64,000 nucleotides of DNA from Paraspadella gotoi (lineage: Eukaryota; Animalia; Chaetognatha): positions 12,565,723-12,629,722 of the forward strand of contig CM119263.1 in NCBI GenBank assembly GCA_051294375.1, in the 5' to 3' direction. Under the pieces are notes generated by a model. The model searched no databases. It had not been told where the DNA came from and saw only the letters and a program-made list of their open reading frames with translations. Numbering within the stretch: position 1 is the stretch's first letter; each line of letters opens with the position of its first letter. This document shows, one piece after another, positions 1 to 14,235 of the stretch. The translations under genes and the position numbers were made by a program.

Positions 1-979
1 GCTTCCCTAACAATCACGGTCTCTACTCTCTAGTTTAGTCAACTTTCTCTCTTCTTTTTCTCGTCATTTGTCGAGACTGCAGTCTGCACGCCCAGTGACG
101 TCCGATTCGTGTGTCAAGCATTTCATTTGTTAGCGTTAATCTATTATTAAGCGTAACCATTAATCAACTTTTCTGAATTCTCGCTTTATTCCCTTTCTAT
201 CCTTTTTTTAGAGACAGACATGATTCAGTGGCACATGATACAAAATGATCGATACATCATGTGGGAAAAGATAAATTTATACCGAAAAAAATTCTTAGTG
301 AAAAATACAAGTTCGTTTTTTTTTAAATTTTCTACCAATATTTAAATAGCAGAATCCTTCCTCAGGGCAGTCAATGCAATCTGCATGCGAGGTCCTTACG
401 ACAAAAAATAAATACAAAATCTAACTCGTATCAAGAAATCATGGGATTCAAGAAGCATTCATTTAAAACAGAACACAACCTCTCTTGATTACTTAGAGTT
501 TCTGAAACGCTATTGTCGAAGTCTATGTAATATAATATAATATAATATAATATAATGTAATATCATAACGCTTCTGCTCTTAACTTCAAAGCGCGGCGCC
601 TGAAGGAAATAAAATGTTGGTCGCGATAATAAAGCGACCGGTTTTCCTCGACCATAACTCATTGCCGCTTCGAGCGGTCTCTGGAACTGGATTGGCCGAG
701 TTTTCGACGCTAGCGTCGTTGCTATGACGACCTCGTATCGTCGTCGAGGGAATTCGATTTGGCGAGTCACTAAGAACTTGACTGAGATAAGAGCGTGAAG
801 TGGAGTACTAGGATGAAGGGCGAGGGGTTGGTTACTAGATAGTTGGTGGTGGAAGTTAAGAATGAAAAGAAAAAAAACGAAAAAAGTAAGGAAGAAAGAA
901 TAACAAAGAAACTGGTGAAAAAAAAATCAATATATAAACAAATAAATACCTTTCTCATGGAACAAGGGAATGATGGATA

Positions 980-1026
980 AGAAAGAAAGAAAGAAAGAAA
1001 AGAAGAAATAAATAAAGAAAGAAATA

Positions 1027-1102
<76 letters not shown>

Positions 1103-1141
1103 AGGAGAGAAAAAAAGAAAGCAAGATAGAAAGAAAGAAAA

Positions 1142-1199
<58 letters not shown>

Positions 1200-1310
1200 A
1201 AAACAAATAAAGAGAGATGGAAAAAAAGAAAGAAAGAAAGATAAAAATAAATAAAGAGAAATAGAAAAAAAGAAAGAAAGAAAGAAAGAAAGAAAAAAAG
1301 AAATCAAAAG
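980..1310. repeat. (GAAA)n microsatellite
   Basis: Direct reading. Confidence 0.95.
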
Positions 1311-1565
1311 AGGAAAAATAACAGAGCCGGTCGGATTTTGATTTACGACGGGAAAGCGGAAAGTGGCGAGGAAATCTCACGACGTCGCCGGACGCCAGCG
1401 ACTGACGCTGCCCGCTTTCAACGCGCCGTCTTTATTCCAAATTGACGAAGCGCGAACAACGCCCGCTCGTGGGCGGGTCCCTTTTTTCACCGCGTTGAAA
1501 GTCGCTCTGACGGTCGGAAGGGCATGACGTTTAGTCGATTAGCGGAAAGCAGGCATGTAAGATAC

Positions 1566-1810
1566 TGTGGCGGTATATTCACACCGCCTCACTTCCATCA
1601 TCCTTCAGCCAATCCCATTGGCTCAGAGGAGGAATGCACCATCTAAGGCGTTGCGTTCCATCCACAGTCCTAATGAATTCTCTCTGCATTGGCAAAGCGA
1701 GACCGTCCTAGGGTAACCGTGCCAGTGACAGGAGGCGTCACAGAGGCTCCGAAGGAACCAAAGCCTACAGTGAGATGTCTCATCCCTTTGGGCATCACAG
1801 GCGACCCAGA
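1566..1810 (+). repeat. Interspersed repeat copy 1 (SINE-like, hairpin-rich)
   Basis: Aligns over ~230 bp to the reverse complement of 13925-14151, with shared blocks such as CAGCCAATCCCATTGG, TTGGCAAAGCGAGA and CCTAGGGTAACCG. Confidence 0.8.
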
Positions 1811-2648
1811 AGTTTCAATTATACAATTATTTATTTTCACATATTGTATTAACTAGATTTACATAATAAACATAAACCTAACACACCCTTCCTGCTTTCC
1901 CTCGACCTTCCAGTTTCACTGCAACTTTTCCCAATTCCTAGTATAACTCCCGACCCGTAGGATCGCTATTGCTTTCTTCCCTATCTCACGACGTTTAGTC
2001 GTTTACTCTATGTCTCTATCGCTTTTCCCTCTCTCCCCCTTGAGTCTTCCCCTCCCCCGCCGCTTTGAATGGTACGACGCCAATCGACGTCAACTTTTTA
2101 TTCCGCGCTCTTATTCCCCGCGCGGCGGCGCCCATGCACGCCCCTGACCGCCTTGTGGTCGGCGAATCCGGAAGGAGCGGCGCGGCGACGCCAAACGCAG
2201 CGCAGGCAGATGTCATGGCAACAAGGGGAAGGGGCAGCCGCCCACGGTCCCGTGTTCAAGGCCGCGATAGAGNNNNNNNNNNNNNNNNNNNNAGAGAGAG
2301 AGAGAGAGAGAGAGAGAATAATCCCGTTATAAACGTCACGAAATTCGAGGCGCGTCGTGACGTTGGGATCTCGCATCTCGTAGCTCGGTAACATTGCGTA
2401 AACCGATTTTTTTTTAAAGGTGACTCTATGGCAGACATGTGTGATGCCTGGGGTGTTAGGCATCTCCCGACAGCTGGCGCTCACTAACTCACTAACTCCT
2501 CACTTACCGTCAATTCGAAAATCAGAGATTTAGTCTTGTACTTTCGGCTGGTCTGACTAAAAATGGAAACTCAATTGTCTAAATTGTGTAAACGATGACG
2601 CTTGCTACCAAGTGGTGAGAATTTCCCCGACGCTCTATCTTCCCCAGC

Positions 2649-2705
<57 letters not shown>

Positions 2706-3529
2706 CTCTCTCTCTCTCTCTCTCTCTCTGCTACTCTGGAACGATCTTGGCTCAAACCTTTTTCGATATCGGAACTCGTCTTTCATTTTCGCAGAAATGT
2801 TCTTTGACTTTGTATCGATCGACATAAATCGTTCACTTTGTCGAATAAAGTTTGTTCAATATCCATCATGAGCATGCACTTCAAAACCGAGGGAAAAAAA
2901 TTATAGATATCTCATTAGTATTGGCTCTTATAAGCTTTCCCGGCGAGACCCTTCGTCATTGTCGAAAACCATTTTTCAAATTTTCTCCGTCGGAATTTTT
3001 ATTGGATAATTTTGTTGTGGGGCCCTCGATTGCCCTCGCATCGGATCCGTTATCTAAACAGCGGGTGGCCGAAACATTTCCCCGACAGGGCATGAAAGAA
3101 AAACAAAAAATGTAAATGCGCTTATTTGTTTATTTTTAATTCGTTTAAATAGAAAAACATTCAGATATCGTTTGCTAAATAGGAAAAAATGTGCCTCCGG
3201 CAAAACCTCTACTTTTTGCCCGTTTGCTTCGCGGTCAAACGAGAGGAAATATCGAATTTCTACTCATTTATAAGCTAATTTTGCAGAAAAAAGGTGATCA
3301 AAGAAATTAAGACACTTTTTAACCAGATACTAATATTAAACAAAGTATGTATGAATCTGAGTTAATTTTCACAATCAAAATTGTAGTACTGGAATGAAGC
3401 AACAAATATCTCCATGCTTGTTTTGACCGAATTTTCACAATCAATTTCTAGAAGTTCTACTTTATTCATGAAAATATTAAAAAGATATGATTTCATCTTA
3501 AGAAATAAGTGGTTTATTTAAAAGTTAGG

Positions 3530-3590
<61 letters not shown>

Positions 3591-3919
3591 TTCTCTCTCT
3601 CTCTCTTCCTCCCTTTCTCATATTCTCGGCATAATTATTGGCGGCTTTTCGTAATTACTTTTGAACTAATTCCTTAACGACTAAAACTGTTAAGTCGATA
3701 AAAATCAAGCGCAAAGTATCTCGTGAAAACTTCGCCTTAAAAGCGTCAAAGGAAGCCAAGAATTTCGCAAATCCATCCCTGACGAACTGGACGCTCTATC
3801 ATCATTTTTTCCGACTTTTGTTTTCTTTCTCTGTTTTCATAATTTATATGAGCTCCTTTTTGCCTCATGCTTTTTTTTCTTGTTTTCCCATCATTTTTCC
3901 GTGGTGACTAAAGCAAATA

Positions 3920-4338
<419 letters not shown>

Positions 4339-4512
4339 GCTAAATCTATCGTTCTCTCATCGTGCTTTTTCCCTTCCAGCCTCTATTCAACGATCACCAC
4401 CTCACCATGAATTGTGATAAAACTAAATTACGACAAAAATGAAAAACTTTTCCATTTTATTTTAAACCTCGTCAAGTCCCTTCCCCTCGAAACGACCATA
4501 AACTTCATAAGC

Positions 4513-6916
4513 ATGTCGTGCAAATGGCTTTGGATAGTTTTGCTCATGATCATAATAAAAGGTAAGTTTGAGGCAGATTTCTGGAATTTTTAACGACGAA
4601 TTAACCCCTTATCAATTCTCACGTCCACAGATTCCTCCCAAGGAATCTACGAGAGGATGCTTCTACTCAAGCTCCTCGATGGGTACAACGTAATGGAGCG
4701 CCCAGTGGAGTCGGAGGAGCAAGCGGTCAACCTTACCATGGGGATGACCTTGCAGCAGATCATAGACGTGGTAAGGAAATGATTATCTCAGTCAATTTCG
4801 TCAGGACATTTTTTTAAAAGAACTAAAATAATGATTAAAATGTCATAAATAATTCTTGCGATTGATAACTTTGGCAGAATGAGAAGGAACAGACAGTTTA
4901 CACGAATGTTTGGCTAACGATGGTGAGTTTATCAAGTTTCGTGGCTTTAAGACCGCATGTAGTTTTTAGATGTCCGAGATTCACTCTCGCTGTCAATTCG
5001 GATGACAATTTATGCGTAATAATTGCCAATGCCAAACGAAAAAAAAAAAAAATCTTTTTCTAACCTTTTGTCGCTTTTTCGAAATAAGAAAAATTAAGAT
5101 GAATTCAATTTATAACGGGCCAGAACTGGTAGAAAAGAAATCTTTAAAATATGCGCGCATATCGTCTCTGAAAAGTGACAAATCCAATATCTAGTATGGT
5201 AATCACCCAAGAAATGCCACACGTTGTCACCATCACATCCCTGTTTTTCTCGTTCCTTTATGGCTTTTTTTCGTGCTGCAAACGTTTATCTCTCTTTGGC
5301 TCTGTTTTCCATCGCACACTTTCCCCTTCTCTGCCTCCAATATTTTCCTTTTCCTTTCGCTCTCTGCTTTTTTTCGAATAAAAATATGAATTTTTTTTCG
5401 CTTTGATGTATTTCTTTTTAAAACAATATAAATCGTTTTTTTATACGACCAATATTAAAATTAGGACGAAAAAAACCAAATACTTCACACTAATACTTGG
5501 CTGAAATTAGTGAGAATCTTTTCGATCCAATTAGTCTGGCATGGTTTCCAACGTTTGTTTTATTATTAAGGAGTAAAGAATAAAATGAGAAGAATTTTTT
5601 TTTGAGCTTTTGACGTTTGTAACACGATGCTACACGAAATTTCACTCTTCACTTCTCACATGAATATATTTTTACCTATTTTTCGCGTGATCGTGAATGT
5701 ATCAAAAAAAAAAAAAAATACAAATAATTTAAACATCGATTTAGACGTACGGCAAACTCACTGCCAGCTCAGCTGAATTTTGACAGCGACCTCGCGATAT
5801 TTCACCTTTTTATTTTTGTCGCATGATTTATTGTTATGTTTTAGAGAAATTGGCTATTTAAGATTTTATACATTATTTTTGTACATATATGTTACGAAGA
5901 GCCCTTAACAATAGCAAATAACACAAAAAAAAATATAACGTTCATGTTAGCTTTTTCAAATAGATGAGTTCTACCTTATTTCTTATTTCTTATACGAATA
6001 TAACATAATAATAGAAAACAATACACTTTTTGTTTGTGTTATTTGCGACCGGAAATGAGGGACACCATACTATTTAAAAAATTAAAAAAACAAAAAAACA
6101 ATTAAGCCAAACTCTTGAATTCTTTGTATCCCGAATTCAAACATTAACCAATCCCTTTGTACGCCATTCCTTTCCCTAACCTATTCTTCAACCTACCCCA
6201 AGTCTTGGACGGATAACAGCCTTCAGTGGGAACCCAAAGATTACGGCAACGTGACCGACGTCAGAATTCACCCCAAATTGGTGTGGAAACCCGACATCCT
6301 GATGTACAACTCGGCCGACGAGAATTTCGACGCCACTTATCACACCAACGTCGTCGTCGAACATACAGGTCGGTTTGGACGCGGAGTATCTGGTTTTTTT
6401 TTTCATTGTGTTATAAACTTTCTTTTCGTTATGTAAAGATGTTAGTGAAAAGTTTTGAACGAATTTCAACAACAATTTTTATTTTCAAAGAAAAACGGAC
6501 AAGTTTCGGCGTTATTTAAGTTTTTATTTATTTAAAATCGTTGTTGAAATTCGTTCAAAACTTTTCACTAGGGTTTTTTTTTTTTTCGTAATCGAAGTCT
6601 GGAGAATCCTGTCGTAATTTTAAATCTTCGAAATACGCTGAATGGCGTCACTAACGTCACTCAAATCCTAATCAGGCCTGGTTTCCTGGATCCCACCCGG
6701 CATGTTTAAAAGCACGTGCACCATCGATATCACGTGGTTTCCCTTCGACACCCAGCGATGCGACATGAAGTTCGGGTCGTGGACCTACGATGGAACCAAA
6801 ATCTCGCTCAATCTCGTCGACCTGGGAAACGAGACATACGGCGGCGACACCGCCAGCTTCATGCCCAACGGAGAGTGGGACCTTTTGGGTGAGTGGCCCG
6901 GGATGAACGAGTCGAT

Positions 6917-7010
<94 letters not shown>

Positions 7011-10000
7011 TCAAATCATTTCGTCATGGTCAAGTCAATAAAAAAAGTTATTAATAAAAAAAAAAATAAAAATAAAAATCATAAAAAAGCCCGTTTATTG
7101 ATTTTTTGCCAAAGAACTAAAATTTATTGCCAAGTCTGAGGATTGAAATTGATACTTTTTCATTTAAAAAATGATATATTTTTCAACGCTCGCCATGGTC
7201 GCTTTTTTCTCTCTCAAAATTCTTTACCCCTCCCCCTCCTAGCAGATTCACAGCTTTTTTATTTCTATCTTTTTCACAGCGAGATCACAGCATCCCTCAG
7301 CTCGAATCTATCTCCCAATCTTTTTCCCAATTTTAACCTACTTATCATCAAAATATTGAAAAAAGAATTATACTTTGTGCAGACAACTTTTTATAAGCTC
7401 TCTTAATCTGCTTTTAAAAATACAAAATTTTTAAAAACATTTTTTACATTTCTTATATATAAATAAAGATTAAAAAATTAATTACTAGTGCTTCTAGCCA
7501 TTTTATTAAAATTTAGTCCATTGAAAGTTTTCCCAGAAAAGTATGAAGTTTCATTTGGGAAGGTTCCCAAATCAAACTTCTGACCCACCCCATTGACAAA
7601 GATTGGCCCTCCCCTTATTCCCCAAATGCTCAATCGAAATTACCGGCCAAGGAAGAAGCACCGTTTCACATTTTTCCCATTCTTTCCCTCCAACCTTCTC
7701 TGGAGTGCCAGCGGAGAAACTCAGTCAGTACTATTCTCCCATTCTTTCCCTCCAACCTTCTCTGAAGTGCCAGCAGAGAAACACAGTCAGTACTATTCTC
7801 CCATTCTCTCCCTCCAACTTTGACAGGAGTGCCAGCAGAGAAACACAGTCAGTACTACACCTGCTGCCCGGATCGTCCCTACGAAGACGTCACCTTCACC
7901 ATCCACATCCGACGACGAACCCTTTACTACGGATTCAACCTCATCATTCCCTGCATGCTCATCTCTTCCATGAGCCTTCTCGGGTTCACTCTCCCTCCGG
8001 ACTCTGGGGAGAAGCTCACGCTCGGTGAGAGACGGACTGGGAGAGGGAATGAAACGCTTATTTAAAAATACTTTGATACAATTATATCTATTTGACAATT
8101 ATCTAATGTTATTTCAAAGATTCTCATTCATTGATGAAGTTCTCGACGTCGACTTTCCGGTTTCAGGCGTCACGATCCTTTTATCTCTGACCGTCTTCCT
8201 CCTCCTCGTGGCCGAAAATATGCCACCCACTTCAGATGCCGTGCCACTTATCGGTAATGGAGGCCAACATAAAGTATAACATAAAGTATAACATAAAGTC
8301 AGGGACAAGATAGCTTATTTATTAAATGAATGAATCATTTTTATATTGGTTGTATCAATTTCATAAATAAAATCTATATATTATAATAAAATGGCAATCT
8401 ATCAATCAAATCAATCAAATCAATCAGATCAATCAGATCAATCAATCAATCAATCCAGGAATTAAGCCGGGAGTAAAGACTTCATCATCAATTATTTACT
8501 ACAAGTCTGAAAGTAACTCTTTATTTAAGATATATAAAAAATCAGTCAATCAATCAATAAATTAATAAAATTCACTACAAATTTCGTTTATTCTTGACCA
8601 TTTAGGTGCCTATTTTTCCGCCATCATGATGATGGTTTCCTTATCTGTGTTGATGACAGTTTGGGTCCTCAATCTTCATCATCGTACGGGTTCCACCTAC
8701 CAGATGCCTCGATGGGTCGGTTACTTTCAGTTTCCGTTTCAAAATCATTTTTTGTAAATAGATTCTCAATTCTGCTCAACTCTGCTTTGCAGATGCGAGT
8801 CTACCTCAACGGGTGGGTCGCCTGGTTCCTTAGAATGGAAAGGCCTGGCAAAAGCATCAGGCCTAAGAAAGGTGAGTCAAATTCAAATGATCGAAACTTT
8901 TCAAACGAGCTTCTTTTAAAATGACACCAAACAGAACCATACGCTCTATATGTTCTGTCGTTCACAGCCATTATAATTCAACGAACTTCGGGGTAAAAAA
9001 AAAAGAAGCAATTTTCTATTTCTATTTCTTCTCTGCCAAGAACGGGATTTGCGTCATTGAGTCTCAGCGGGTTTTTTTGTCCTTTCAGAATTGAGAATCC
9101 TTTAAATCCGATGTCCTTGCCAGAATTCGCCCCATAACTCAATTCTCTGGCATAAGGCTGTGTAAGTCAAAGCGGCAATCTCGTAAAGAAATCACGTCGT
9201 TTTTCAGCGAAAATTCGACGTGGAAATTACCGCTATCTTTGTTTTGTATTTCCACAAAACCTATAACTAGTAGAAATCAATACAATTATCAATATTATGT
9301 TATTGCGAAATATATCACAATGCTAACTTAACATTTTAACTCTCCCGGACCCGCTTTTACGACTTTCACCCTCCTACTACTAACAAAATCACGTTTCACA
9401 CTTCGTTTTTTTTTCTCCAGGTGGCAGATATCTAAAAGAAATGGAACTCAAAGATAAATCATCCAAGTAAGAAAAAATTGATATTTTTTGGGAGCCGTGT
9501 GAAGGAAAGAACGATGGGGTTATTTACTTAAAAAGTATATAGTGAAGACCATTGAGTGTAGAGGGGTCTATTTAAAGAGCCTTCCGTGAGTTGGCTTGAT
9601 GTAAATGGCGGACCTAAAGTGCAAGTGGACTCCTACCAATGACACTTCATGCTAATTGGTTAGACAACTCACCGGGGAACCAAGTGATTGATCTAGGTAC
9701 CCAAGGTTTGAGAGTAATATAGCCGCTCTGTCCTAAAATGGAGGAGAAAAAATAGTGAGTTTATCAATTATCACTATCTCCCAACTTTTTTCTCTACCAT
9801 CTTTGCTCAATGCTACGTTTGGTTGTATGTTTGGTTTTTTTTTTGAATATTTCAAATTTATTCCCAATCGTCCTCTGGCTCCTTTGAAAAGAGTCGCGCA
9901 AATTGTTTTCTCTTGACTTTTTATTTTCCAAAACCTTCGAAAATGCAAATTTTTCTTTAAAAAGCCATTCGTGATGCCTTGGTGACCTTGAGAACGCGTC

Positions 10001-11363
10001 GGAAACGAGCGAGAGAAGAGATCTTTTTGATTTTTTTTTTCAAGGACTTTTTTTGTGACGTCACTCACGATTTTTGTTTCCACCACTTTTGACTTTATTC
10101 CCACTTTTACCTTCCCTTTTTAACTTAATCCACTTTTTCTACCAAGCAATGTCTTCTGCTGGGCATTTTCTCTCGACTCGCTTGCGACTTCCAAAACTTC
10201 TCTTTCCTTACCCTTCACCTCAATTAGCCGAAACCTAATCCACTGACATTTTCCTTTCCCAAGGAGTCTGCTGGCGAACGTGCTGGACATGGACGACGAC
10301 GTGGCAGGGATTCGCTTCCAACACAATCACAATTGCGCCATGCAGAAGAACTGGGCTGCCCCGGGAGGTGAGAGGGGAGGGTGGAGCGGCATTGCAAAGC
10401 GGCGCGAAAGAATCCTGGAGGTCTAAGACATACTTTAACGGTCATGTCCTTAGATTTAGTTTTTTTTTTATTTCTCACTTTTTTTCATCACCCCGCCTCC
10501 CACTATAGACGTACGCACTTCAGCCGGCAACGGTTTTCCTGCCAACCATACATCCCATGTACACTCTTTGCCATCAGCCCCGAACCCCCCGAAACCTCCC
10601 AACGCCCTTGTCCACTCTGTATCAAACAACCCCTCTCTGCCGACCTACAACCCGCGAGCTCCCTTGTTGGGTTACGTGGGCGGGGTCGGCGGAGGCGTTG
10701 CTGACGTGAGCAACGGGGCTGGCGGCGGGCCTGGCGGAAACGTGGTCGGCGGGATCGGGGGCGTCGGCGTATTGCCGTCGCCTTTGGGCGCGAGTCGTCA
10801 CTCCTTTCCCGATACGCAATCTACGTGTCAGACGGACTTGGACAAGTCTCCCGACACAGGTAGCAATGACAGTGTGAAATTATTTTATCCAAGTAAAAGT
10901 AGAATAATTAAATATCGATATTTAACTCTCATAGAATCCACACCATTTCCGAGTCAAACTGACAAAGCTTTCGCGCGAGAAATGCAAGGAGTTTTGAAGG
11001 TAGGCATCAAAACTCGGATGATATTAATTTGCTTATCCGTCAGACGCAACACTCAAAACTTTTTTTTTCTTTAATTAAACAGGAGGTTCGCTACATCACC
11101 GATCAAATGAGATCGACAGCTGAAGATGAAGAACTGACTCAAGAATGGAAATTCGCAGGTATTTAAAAACCTAGGCACTTCCCGATGAGTTTTTAAAAAC
11201 AATTTCTTTGATGCTACAATTGCTACATGCACTTGCTTACCCGCTACTAGGAATGGTACTGGATCGCATCTGCTTGTGGGTGTTCGTTTTCTTCACCTTG
11301 GCCTCGACGGGTGGCATTCTCGGAACGGGATTCTTTGGGTCTGGACGTTACAGAGACGAATGA
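4513..11363 (+). CDS. CHRNA7-like: Nicotinic acetylcholine receptor alpha subunit, alpha7-like (Cys-loop cation channel), 15 coding exons
   Basis: Exons join in frame with GT-AG: 4513-4561, 4631-4770, 4878-4922, 6203-6368, 6676-6888, 7827-8024, 8167-8253, 8606-8715, 8793-8871, 9421-9466, 10264-10367, 10509-10859, 10935-10999, 11083-11158, 11251-11363. Motifs: signal peptide, [20 protein letters not shown], Cys-loop [15 protein letters not shown], vicinal cysteines YTCCP (alpha subunit), PPDSGEK before TM2 (cationic), [26 protein letters not shown] before TM4. Confidence 0.95.
6443..6570. repeat. Intronic inverted repeat, 37-bp arms
   Basis: TAGTGAAAAGTTTTGAACGAATTTCAACAACAATTTT (6443-6479) versus its reverse complement at 6534-6570, 1 mismatch. 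Confidence 0.85.
7676..7857 (+). repeat. Three tandem 62-bp copies spanning the nAChR intron 5/exon 6 boundary
   Basis: CCCATTCT..CCTCCAAC....GAGTGCCAGC.GAGAAAC.CAGTCAGTACTA at 7676, 7738 and 7800. Confidence 0.9.
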
Positions 11364-12664
11364 AGAGGAGAGGGGACCAAACAATATCCCAGAGACTTTA
11401 GGATAATACGGCGCTGCCCTTTATGGCACAGTGACATTAATCTGTACTCTGTAGCCGTCGACAGCCTCAGAATTGTAGAAAGGGATAAGAGAGAAAAATG
11501 TAAGTGAAAAAAGAATAACAACTCGTACAGTATTCCCATATAAACTAAAATAGATATAGAGTCTATTTATAGACTGATGCATGGTAATGTTAGAACTTTA
11601 AAAAGAACTGAGCTTTGCTCACGAGTACCCTTAAAAAACATGATTCTACTACGTGACAATAAAATAATGTAGTTTTTATTGATTTTATAGATTATAGTTA
11701 TAATCGTTAGAAAATAAATACGTAATTGTAAAATTGTAATTTGGTCGCTTGAGTCGAAGTCCGAACAAAAGGGCAAGTAGAGATGAGTGTTTCAAAATCA
11801 AAGATAATTTCTTTGCCAAAACTCTTGTCTCATTAAATCAGTCTGTTAATGCTTCATTACCAATCGAGGCTTTTTAAAAAGTTACAACTTATGCATCCTT
11901 TTTTCGATTGTATCATTTGTAAAGCAACGCACTGACGATGATTCGTAGAATTTAATCAGATCTTACGAATCATTGTAAAATGTAAATTGCTCGCACCGTT
12001 TGAATGTTCTCTTTTCATGTGTGTAACTGTAAATAATCACTGTTTGTCGTCTCCCGTCACTAGATTTTATCAGTACAGAGAAGTTAATCTTACTTTTAGA
12101 TATAAATTCGGTGCGTAATTTGGCACAGTTGGGGAGTCAATAAAATTTTAATTTTTGTCTACGATGCAATAAGACTCACGATTGTTTCTAATTTCTGTTG
12201 TTATTCTTTGTTAGTGTTATTCAAAATAAAAAAAAATGTCCATCATGTCTGTGAGTTTTATGACAAATTTATTTGGCCGTTTGAAAAAAGAATCTTTTCC
12301 TGAGTTTCTATTATTTTGGGATTGGTTACTAGGGTCAAGAAAACAAGAAAACAAGAAAACAAGTTCAAGAAAACAAGGCCACTCGATTAAGTTTTTTTTT
12401 TTCTCACTGCATCTATTTTACATTTTATTTAAGTGGCTAGAAACGAATTGCGTTTAATTTTTATTCGCAAAGTTTTATAACAAGGTGATCTTTGTGAACA
12501 ATTTCTGCAAATTAAATACAATGAAGCTCACGCGCTTCCTTCGCTTTTTAATTCTTTCACGCTCACAATCGATTCTGCGTTTACAATTTCGATCCGCTCG
12601 AGCTTTCGGTTTTCTTGAACTTGGTTGAAACTTTCGTCGTCGTGAGTCCAGGTGAACTTTTTAT

Positions 12665-14160
12665 TCAGCGTGGAAAGTTTAAAATGATTTCGAACCGTAA
12701 AAAGTGTCGGTGATAATATTTGGGCAGCATTTTTCCGTATGAAGCGAAGTATTTTCTTGATTCATACATCGTCGACGTGACTTTTGGCGTCGATGTCAAC
12801 GCAACTGGGATTTTCTGGACATGGGCGTGTTATGTCGACCGGTGGGCGGAACACTTACGGTGGCATGAATGTTGTAGATGCCTTTGATGCGCTGTCGTTG
12901 TTGAGACGCGATGACTCGTCGCTTCTCATGGGTCGTCGTGTAAAAGTCGATGTACCGCGCGCGTTCCCTTTGTGAACGAAGCGGGAATGCGGCAATTTTT
13001 AACATTCTACTTTCTTTCAAGTTCTCAATCTCAAAGAACTTACCTTTTGCTCAGGGCAGGTTCTGCGTAGGAGTCCATTTTGGGCGGCGGCGGCGGTAAG
13101 GGTCTGTCCCAGACGAAGATTTCCCCTCCGTCGTCGTCGCGTCGTCTCTTCTCTTTGTTCGTGGCCGATTGTGACGTCACGGTGTCCGTTTCGGACTAAC
13201 GTGAGCCGTAAGAAAAGTCGGGGGCGAAAAAAGGAACGAAAACGATAGTAGAAAGAGAAAGCTAAATAACGTTTAAGTAATAGGAACATAAACGCCAATA
13301 AAAATACAAATAACTAAATAAAAGGTTTGAACAAGAGGCTTGTAAAGTTAATTTTGAATCGGAATGACAGGTTATCTCTGATCTTCATCACTCATTAATC
13401 ACGATTTTTTTTTAAATATTAGATATTTTTCAGGAAACATAAAACATTGAAATTGATAAACGTCCATAGCGAAAAATAATTCACGAAGAACGTTTTTGTA
13501 TTAATGCTTTTTTAAAAAACGAATAAAACAATAAACAAAGTACTCATTGTGGAAAACAAAACAGCATATGTTTAAAACGGGTTTTGAATTTGTGTCTGAG
13601 TTTCACTAAGAATATTACCATTTTTCTTTTAAAATAAATATCTTGGGACGTAATTTGGATAATCCTTTGTGGAAGAAAAAAATGCAAAGTTTCTAAGTTT
13701 GATACGAGCTGTTGTAGTACAAGTACTAGTAGTAGTTGTTGACAGACTAAATCTAAAGAAGTGCCGATTAAGAATTAAGAGGACGACACCAAAATTGACG
13801 ACATTCTGTTATAAAAACTATCAAAAGTGCAAAACTACCATACCCAATACCGGTAATACCCAAATTTTGCTTTTTGGAAAGCTATTCGTTTTTGGAACGT
13901 TAAAAGTTCCTCCTATGATAACAGCCGGGTTGCCTGCGATGCCCTTTGGGATGGGTCATCTCAGTGTAGACTATTGGGGTTTCCGACCCTCAGCGACGAC
14001 TCCTGTCACTGGCGCGGTTACCCTAGGACGATCTCGCTTTGCCAACGCAGAGGGAAGTCGATAGGACTGCGGATGGAACACAACGCTTAGGATGGTGCAT
14101 TCCCCACATGAACCAATGGGATTGGCTGAACGATGTGAATAAACCACCACACCCCTTTCC

Positions 14161-14235
<75 letters not shown>

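Noticed and set aside
510-770. 86-aa minus-strand ORF or short exons of a neighbouring gene
   Set aside because: No recognisable domain, runs into an AT microsatellite, splice support weak.
927-1380. Long Phe/Leu/Ser ORFs, and similar RERE/SLSL ORFs throughout the window
   Set aside because: Translations of (GAAA)n and (GA)n microsatellites.
7850-7890. Unusual loop C length (YTCCPDRPY)
   Set aside because: Same spacing as known alpha subunits with YxCCPxxPY.
11935-11976. SECIS element
   Set aside because: No non-Watson-Crick quartet geometry and no internal in-frame UGA in the nAChR model.
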